Made by a program: the position numbers and the translations under genes. This document shows, in pieces, positions 27,248-32,000 of a DNA stretch of 32,000 bases. The stretch is from Clostridiales bacterium. Its GTDB lineage: Bacteria; Bacillota; Clostridia; Christensenellales; UBA1242. How positions within the stretch are numbered: the first letter of the stretch is position 1; each line of letters starts with the position of its first letter. The stretch spans positions 156,677 through 188,676 of the forward strand of contig SVHV01000002.1 in the NCBI GenBank assembly GCA_015055605.1, written 5' to 3'. The notes below the pieces were generated by a model, which saw only the letters and a program-made list of their open reading frames with translations, was not told the DNA's origin and searched no databases.

Positions 27248-27382
27248 ATGAAAAGAACTTATCAACCTAAGAAAAGACAGAGAAGTAAAGTTCACGGCTT
27301 TAGAGCAAGAATGAAAACTAAAGGTGGCAAAAACGTACTTAAGAGAAGAAGAAATCGTGGTAGAAAGAGACTATCTGCTTAG
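27248..27382 (+). CDS. rpmH: 50S ribosomal protein L34
   Basis: Not in the ORF track because it is only 44 aa. It translates to [44 protein letters not shown], preceded by RBS AAGGGAGAA. Stop TAG at 27380-27382. Confidence 0.97.
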   Translation: MKRTYQPKKRQRSKVHGFRARMKTKGGKNVLKRRRNRGRKRLSA

Positions 27383-27524
27383 TTTCTAGAGTTTAAAAAT
27401 TTCATATTGACAAATGCAGTTTTTGTGGCTAATGAAATAGTCAAAGATGTTTTGTCGATACGAAATTTTTTTCTATTATCACCAATTCAACAATTACACT
27501 ATCAGATAGTGTTTAGGAGAGTAT

Positions 27525-27866
27525 ATGTTAAAATCAGTCAATAGACTAAAGAAGAGAAAAGAATTTGCTTATCTCTACAATAACGGTATTGCCAAACACA
27601 CTAGTCATTTAACAATGGTGTATTTGTCCACGAAGAAAAGAGCGACAAAAATAGGTTTTTCGATTTCTAAAAAAATAGGTAAGGCGCATCTTCGCAACTT
27701 TGTAAAGAGAAGACTAAGAGCAATCGTTAGAGATATTGTGCCTAGTCTTCCAGATGAGTACAATATAGTCTTTATTGCTAAGTCTGGTGTGGAGAGTTTA
27801 GACTTTGCTAAGTTACAGGCAGAGGTTAATCTATTAATTGAAAAGAGTGGGCTACTAACCAAATGA
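27525..27866 (+). CDS. rnpA: Ribonuclease P protein component
   Basis: RBS TAGGAGAG. Motifs NRLKKRKEFAYLY and an RNR-motif equivalent, LRNFVKRRLRAIVR. 113 aa. Its stop overlaps the yidD start (ATGA). Confidence 0.93.
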   Translation: MLKSVNRLKKRKEFAYLYNNGIAKHTSHLTMVYLSTKKRATKIGFSISKKIGKAHLRNFVKRRLRAIVRDIVPSLPDEYNIVFIAKSGVESLDFAKLQAEVNLLIEKSGLLTK

Positions 27867-28147
27867 CAGGTGTGTGGCTCGTAATCAAATACCTATTTTA
27901 TCCAGTGCGATTACTCGCAATATTCCTAATCAAGATATATCAGTGGTGCATTAGCCCATGCCTTCCTAAGTGTTGTGCTTTTTATCCAACTTGCTCTAAT
28001 TATATGCTGATTGCTATTAAAGAGTGGGGTGTTGTAAAAGGTGTATTTTTAGGAATAAAAAGATTAGTAAAGTGTAGACCGCACGGAGGAAGTGGCGAAG
28101 ACTTCGTTCCATTAAATATAAAAGGAGATATGAAGTGGTTTTTTTAA
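27863..28147 (+). CDS. yidD: Membrane protein insertion efficiency factor YidD
   Basis: IYQWCISPCLPKCCAFYPTCSNYMLIAIKEWGVVKG...RLVKCRPHGGSGEDFVP matches the YidD signature (YQ..ISP....C.F.PTCS.Y...A....G..KG). Confidence 0.9.
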   Translation: MTGVWLVIKYLFYPVRLLAIFLIKIYQWCISPCLPKCCAFYPTCSNYMLIAIKEWGVVKGVFLGIKRLVKCRPHGGSGEDFVPLNIKGDMKWFF

Positions 28148-29229
28148 ATGCAATTTCACTTGCACAACCAACAGGTTTGTGGCAAACAGTCCTTTTTTGG
28201 CTACAAGGCTTAGTTAGTAATTATGCAGTTGCTATAATTATCCTAACAGTCTTTGTAAGATTGTGTTTGGTTCCATTCGATTTTATGAATAAGTATTTTA
28301 GCAAAAAGAATGCTAGAATCCAAAAACAAATGAAGCCGGAATTAGAAAAGATTAATGCTAAATATGCTGGTCAAAGAGATATTATTAACCAAAAAACAGC
28401 AGAACTATACAGGAGACATAATTTCAATGTGTCTGGACTATGTTTTACAATGATTCTACCTATGTTACTTTCTATCATTGTATTTACAACTGTGTTCTCT
28501 GCAGTAGGCACAATCTCAAGGTATGAGAGTGCTAATCAGTTCTTAGAGGTTAGACAGGCATACTTTGCAGAATATGATATTGATGTAGATAGTCTACTAG
28601 AGTCAGAGACTGCTATGAATAGATTAGCAGTGGTTTTAGATGGTAAGAGCGATGACGAGAAGGCAACACTTCTTGCTAATGCTCAGGCTAGTGCTCTTGC
28701 TAAATACGAGGAAACCAAAGATTCATTCCTTTGGATAGATAACATTTGGTTGCCTGATGCAGCATGGACTAATCCTATTATGCCTTATAAGACATTTATT
28801 GATAATAGTGATATCAGTACAGACGATATTACTGAGGACGAGTACAATCTTGTACTTGAGTCTGCTGATGCAGAAACCAGAAATAGTAACGGATTCTTTA
28901 TCCTTGTAGTTCTTGCAGTTGTAACTAGTTATCTATCTACAGCAGTTAATGGCTGGGTAACTAAGGCTAGTGCTAAGAAGAAAGGTTTGAATATGAATCA
29001 AGTATCACTAGGCAATACTGGTAAAATATTGATGTGGATATTGCCCGTAGTAATAGGTCTAATCATTCTATTCTACAATGCTGCATTCGCTATTTACTCT
29101 ACAATGGGTTCAATAGTGTTGCTTATTACAAACCCTATCATGACATTGTTTATTGATATGTTAGAATTTGAGGCTATTGAAAAAGAAGAAGATAGAACAA
29201 TGGCTGCTTACGACAGAAAAAGGAAGTAA
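28135..29229 (+). CDS. yidC: YidC/Oxa1-family membrane protein insertase
   Basis: GTG start 6 nt after RBS AAAGGAGA, overlapping the yidD 3' end. Motifs AIIILTVFVRLCLVPF, MKPELEKINAKYAG, FLWIDNIWLPD. Multiple TM segments. Confidence 0.9.
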   Translation: MVFLNAISLAQPTGLWQTVLFWLQGLVSNYAVAIIILTVFVRLCLVPFDFMNKYFSKKNARIQKQMKPELEKINAKYAGQRDIINQKTAELYRRHNFNVSGLCFTMILPMLLSIIVFTTVFSAVGTISRYESANQFLEVRQAYFAEYDIDVDSLLESETAMNRLAVVLDGKSDDEKATLLANAQASALAKYEETKDSFLWIDNIWLPDAAWTNPIMPYKTFIDNSDISTDDITEDEYNLVLESADAETRNSNGFFILVVLAVVTSYLSTAVNGWVTKASAKKKGLNMNQVSLGNTGKILMWILPVVIGLIILFYNAAFAIYSTMGSIVLLITNPIMTLFIDMLEFEAIEKEEDRTMAAYDRKRK

Positions 29230-29232
29230 TTT

Positions 29233-29949
29233 ATGAGAAATATTAAAGTTGAAGCAAAGTCTGTAGATATGGCTATAGAAAAAGGTTTACAGATGTTGGG
29301 GCTTACTAGAGAAGAAGTTGAAGTAGAGGTTATTTCAGAAGGCAGTATGCTAAAGAAGGCATCTGTAGAAATATATACTTTTGCTGATGATAATGAGAGA
29401 CAAGAGTATCTATCTGGTAAGAGCAAAAAAGAGTCTGTTAAATTAGTTAAGACTAATACAGAGGAAGAAGTAGTAGAGATGTCTTTTGAGGGTGTTGAAG
29501 AGGTAACAGAGATAGTTACAACATTCCTTGAGGGATTACTAAAACAAATGGATATAGAGGGAACAATCACTAGAGGAGTAAAGAATGGTGATGTTGTATT
29601 TAAAGTTAATGGTGAGTCTATCAATAACTTAATCGGATACCATGGCGAAACACTAGAGGCTGTTCAGTATATCGTTAATACTATCGTAAAAGATAGAGTT
29701 CCTACTTATAGAAAGAAAGTTTACTTAGATGTAGAGAACTACAGAAGAAAGAGACAAGAAACTGTTGAGGCACTTGCAGAGAAGATTGCTAAGAAAGTTT
29801 TAACTACTAAGAAATCTATTAAACTAGAGCCTATGAATAGTTTTGAGAGAAAGTCAATTCACTTTGCATTATCTAATATTGAGCATATCGGCACTCATTC
29901 AGAGGGTACAGAGCCTAATAGATATTTAGTAATTGATTATATTGATTAA
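29233..29949 (+). CDS. jag: RNA-binding protein Jag/KhpB (Jag_N, KH, R3H)
   Basis: N-terminus KVEAKSVDMAIEKGLQMLGLTREEVEVEVISEG (Jag_N). Also GYHGETLEAVQYIVN (KH) and MNSFERKSIHFALSNIEHIGTHSEGTEPNRYLVI (R3H). It occupies the canonical position after yidC. Confidence 0.9.
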   Translation: MRNIKVEAKSVDMAIEKGLQMLGLTREEVEVEVISEGSMLKKASVEIYTFADDNERQEYLSGKSKKESVKLVKTNTEEEVVEMSFEGVEEVTEIVTTFLEGLLKQMDIEGTITRGVKNGDVVFKVNGESINNLIGYHGETLEAVQYIVNTIVKDRVPTYRKKVYLDVENYRRKRQETVEALAEKIAKKVLTTKKSIKLEPMNSFERKSIHFALSNIEHIGTHSEGTEPNRYLVIDYID

Positions 29950-29972
29950 TAAATAAAAGTTGATTAATAAAC

Positions 29973-30004
29973 AAAAAGACACCACGAAATAATGGTGTCT
30001 TTTT
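29973..30004 (+). terminator. Terminator of the rpmH-jag operon
   Basis: AGACACCA (29977-29984) pairs with TGGTGTCT (29993-30000), followed by T4. An A5 run lies upstream. Confidence 0.8.
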
Positions 30005-30025
30005 GTTGGTTGGTTTATGGCTAGG

Positions 30026-30057
30026 AAAAAGAGGAGATACTTCTCCTCTTTGTTTTT
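30026..30057 (-). terminator. Terminator of the orphan minus-strand gene (second of a back-to-back pair)
   Basis: A 9-bp stem, AAGAGGAGA (30029-30037) with TCTCCTCTT (30042-30050), around a 4-nt loop. Read on the minus strand it is followed by T5. Confidence 0.8.
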
Positions 30058-31093
30058 ATCTTGTAGATGTGCATTCTGCAACCTTGTCGTATAGTCTGCC
30101 GAGTACAGTCATAGCTTTTTGGTATTGTGCCTCAGAAATAACACCGTCATCAAATTTGCAACCGATACTCTCTGTTTTAGAATCAAGCATATCTAGTTCA
30201 ATATCGGCAGCTCTTCTAGTTGTTTCGTCAGATAGCATAGGGAATCTCTCTACCATCTCTGATGCAGTAGGTATAAGAGTTGGTCTTTTGCCTGGAATGT
30301 TGATTACATAAGGTGCATTGTATAGTGTGTTTGTAGGAACAAATCTGCTAATAGGTGCAGCGTCTTCTGTAATATTGAAGATATCTCCGGCCATATCTTG
30401 ACATACAAATTCTCCAGTAGGGCTAACCCAGTTATAGTGAATGCCTCTTACTCTAGGGTCGCTACCTTTTCTATAGAAAAAGTCAACAGGGTAGTATCCG
30501 TTGCTATCTGCTGGATACATAAATCCATTACCTGATAGGTCAATAATCTGCATAGAGTCTACAGAGTTCTCGCTATCCATAGTGTTCTCGTCATATACTC
30601 TACCATTGATTAGTACATTACCACCTTGAACATTGTAGTTGTGTAGCTGTGTACCCATCTTGCACACTAATAGGAATCCGTTAGCATCGGCGCTCACGAA
30701 ATTACCTTTAGTTGGGTCAAATAAGTCTTCGCATACAGCATAAGGACTAGGTGCTTGTGCTTTAATGATATCACCCGGTTTACTTAGTTCGCTCTTAACA
30801 GCTTTTACAAAGTCTTTTTCTGCCATACCAGCAGGTTTACGGTAGATTCTATAAGCATACTCATAAGTTTGAGTTTCTGCTCCTGCTCTGCTAGTTCTGT
30901 CGCCGTATCTATCTCCTAAGAAATCTAGTAGTTCTTGTGGGATAGGTTGACCTTTTTCTGTTAAATAATCATAATATGACTCATATCCATTCTTTACAGT
31001 ACCACCAGTAGGGACTAATACTCTGTATAAGCCATCTGTGTTTGCGATAGGATATGGGGTATTTGTATACTCGTTGTGATTTTGTTTTGCCAT
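30056..31093 (-). CDS. Hypothetical soluble protein, 345 aa, no recognised family
   Basis: Start set at ATG 31093 (MAKQNHNEY...), 7 nt after strong RBS GAGGAGGA. The track's upstream ATG at 31135 has no RBS. No signal peptide or TM segment. Rich in G/N/Y/D, suggesting a beta-rich fold. Confidence 0.7.
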   Translation of the reverse strand: MAKQNHNEYTNTPYPIANTDGLYRVLVPTGGTVKNGYESYYDYLTEKGQPIPQELLDFLGDRYGDRTSRAGAETQTYEYAYRIYRKPAGMAEKDFVKAVKSELSKPGDIIKAQAPSPYAVCEDLFDPTKGNFVSADANGFLLVCKMGTQLHNYNVQGGNVLINGRVYDENTMDSENSVDSMQIIDLSGNGFMYPADSNGYYPVDFFYRKGSDPRVRGIHYNWVSPTGEFVCQDMAGDIFNITEDAAPISRFVPTNTLYNAPYVINIPGKRPTLIPTASEMVERFPMLSDETTRRAADIELDMLDSKTESIGCKFDDGVISEAQYQKAMTVLGRLYDKVAECTSTR

Positions 31094-31148
31094 AAGGAAA
31101 TCCTCCTCTGCTTTTAGTTTTAATAGTAAAAACATTTCTATTATAAAT

Positions 31149-31177
31149 AATATACCACATTATCTAATAAAAGTAAA
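31149..31177 (-). promoter_or_regulatory. Promoter of the orphan gene
   Basis: On the minus strand: TTTACT, 17-nt spacer including TGg, then TATATT (extended -10). Confidence 0.45.
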
Positions 31178-31247
31178 TAGCCATTTTTTAGATTTTGGAT
31201 ATAGGCAAGAAGTGGCCCTTATAGTATATGTTGTTATCTAAATTGCT

Positions 31248-31275
31248 TTGAGTTTAAGTTGGTATTTGGTATAAT
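31248..31275 (+). promoter_or_regulatory. Promoter of tex
   Basis: TTGAGT (31248-31253), 16-nt spacer ending in TGg, TATAAT (31270-31275). Confidence 0.5.
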
Positions 31276-31360
31276 ATGTATAGTCAGAGGTATGGGGTGT
31301 TTTACGATATAGTAAGCTCTATATTTTAGACAAATTTGTAAGAAAAATTAAGGAAAAACT

Positions 31361-32000
31361 ATGGACATTTCTAAACAACTTAGTATGGAGATGGGGCTAA
31401 CACTATCTCACACAAACAATATCATTAATTTGTTAGACGAGGGTTGTACAATACCGTTTATTGCTAGATACCGTAAAGAGCTTACTGGTAGTTGTGATGA
31501 CCAAACACTTAGATTGTTTGACGATAGACTCAAATATCTTAGAAATTTAACTAAGAGAAAAGAAGAGGTTGCTAACCTTATTACCGAGCAAGGTAATATG
31601 ACAGAAGAGATAGAGAAGGCTCTTAGCGAGGCTGTAACTTTAACCGAAGTAGAGGATATTTATAGACCATTCAAGCCTAAGAGAAAAACTAGAGCTAGTG
31701 TGGCTATTGCTAAAGGCTTGCAACCACTTGCAGATAAAATCATGGAGCAAAAGCCATTTGACCTTGAGAAAGAGTGTGAACTATATATCTCAGAGGAAAA
31801 AGGTGTTGCTACTGGTGCAGAGGCATTACAAGGTGCTAAAGATATTATTGCTGAGATGATTAGTGATAATGCTAATATTAGAAAAGAACTTAGAGAGGCT
31901 CTAGTAAACAAGGGCTTTATCAAATGTAAACTTGATGATACAAAAGAGAATGCGTTTACTTATGAGATGTACAAAGAGTACAATAGCGAGATTAAGAAAC
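31361..32000 (+). CDS. tex: Tex-like (YqgF/S1 domain) transcription accessory protein, N-terminal 213 aa (3'-truncated by the window)
   Basis: Missing from the ORF track because it is open-ended. It translates to MDISKQLSMEMGLTLSHTNNIINLLDEGCTIPFIARYRKELTGSCDDQTLR...YRPFKPKRKTRASVA, the Tex N-terminal signature. The frame is open to the window end. Confidence 0.9.
   Translation, partial: MDISKQLSMEMGLTLSHTNNIINLLDEGCTIPFIARYRKELTGSCDDQTLRLFDDRLKYLRNLTKRKEEVANLITEQGNMTEEIEKALSEAVTLTEVEDIYRPFKPKRKTRASVAIAKGLQPLADKIMEQKPFDLEKECELYISEEKGVATGAEALQGAKDIIAEMISDNANIRKELREALVNKGFIKCKLDDTKENAFTYEMYKEYNSEIKK

Noticed and set aside
1-32000. Search for tRNA/rRNA genes, CRISPR arrays, IS elements, integrases, phage genes, toxin-antitoxin pairs or defence genes, and for an alternative genetic code.
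   Set aside because: I saw no T-arm-like GGTTCGAAT-type motifs in intergenic DNA, no regularly spaced direct repeats, and no transposase- or recombinase-like ORFs. All ORFs close with standard stops, including TGA at rnpA, so code 11 applies.

Overview
This is a low-GC (about 35-40% by eye), Firmicutes-like chromosomal segment using the standard code; TGA acts as a stop at the rnpA/yidD ATGA overlap. I count 26 credible protein genes and found no rRNA, tRNA, CRISPR array, transposase or integrase.

Gene order:
- A glycogen cluster: glgB (5'-truncated), glgA, glgP and a GH13 neopullulanase-like enzyme.
- An Isf-like flavoprotein (-), then an SDR overlapping pgi by 1 nt, then dnaA.
- Two small polytopic membrane proteins (-) and metG (-).
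- A YhhN-family gene, uppP (-) and ychF.
- A hypothetical protein, a DUF4870-like membrane protein (-), cvpA (-), a yyaC-like gene and ftsH.
- An anchored hypothetical protein, then rpmH-rnpA-yidD-yidC-jag.
- An orphan 345-aa protein (-) and tex (3'-truncated).

Nearly every convergent junction has a clear, often bidirectional, rho-independent terminator. This is mostly core-genome, origin-proximal gene content. I see no defence island or mobile element.

Observations worth a second look:
1. GlgA carries a ~526-aa N-terminal extension that looks disordered, with acidic, basic and acidic blocks.
2. GlgA and the GH13 enzyme share a K/T-rich KKTTTKK-type module with a conserved acidic interruption. 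Looser versions form the C-terminal tails of FtsH and a hypothetical protein.
3. The genes that flank oriC in Bacillus (dnaA, rpmH-jag, yyaC, ychF) lie within 18 kb but are scrambled. dnaN, parAB and mnmEG are missing, and there is no DnaA-box cluster.
4. The MetRS KMSKS loop reads KASSS.
5. An orphan soluble protein sits where mnmE would normally follow jag.

Functional interpretations are inference. No database search was possible.
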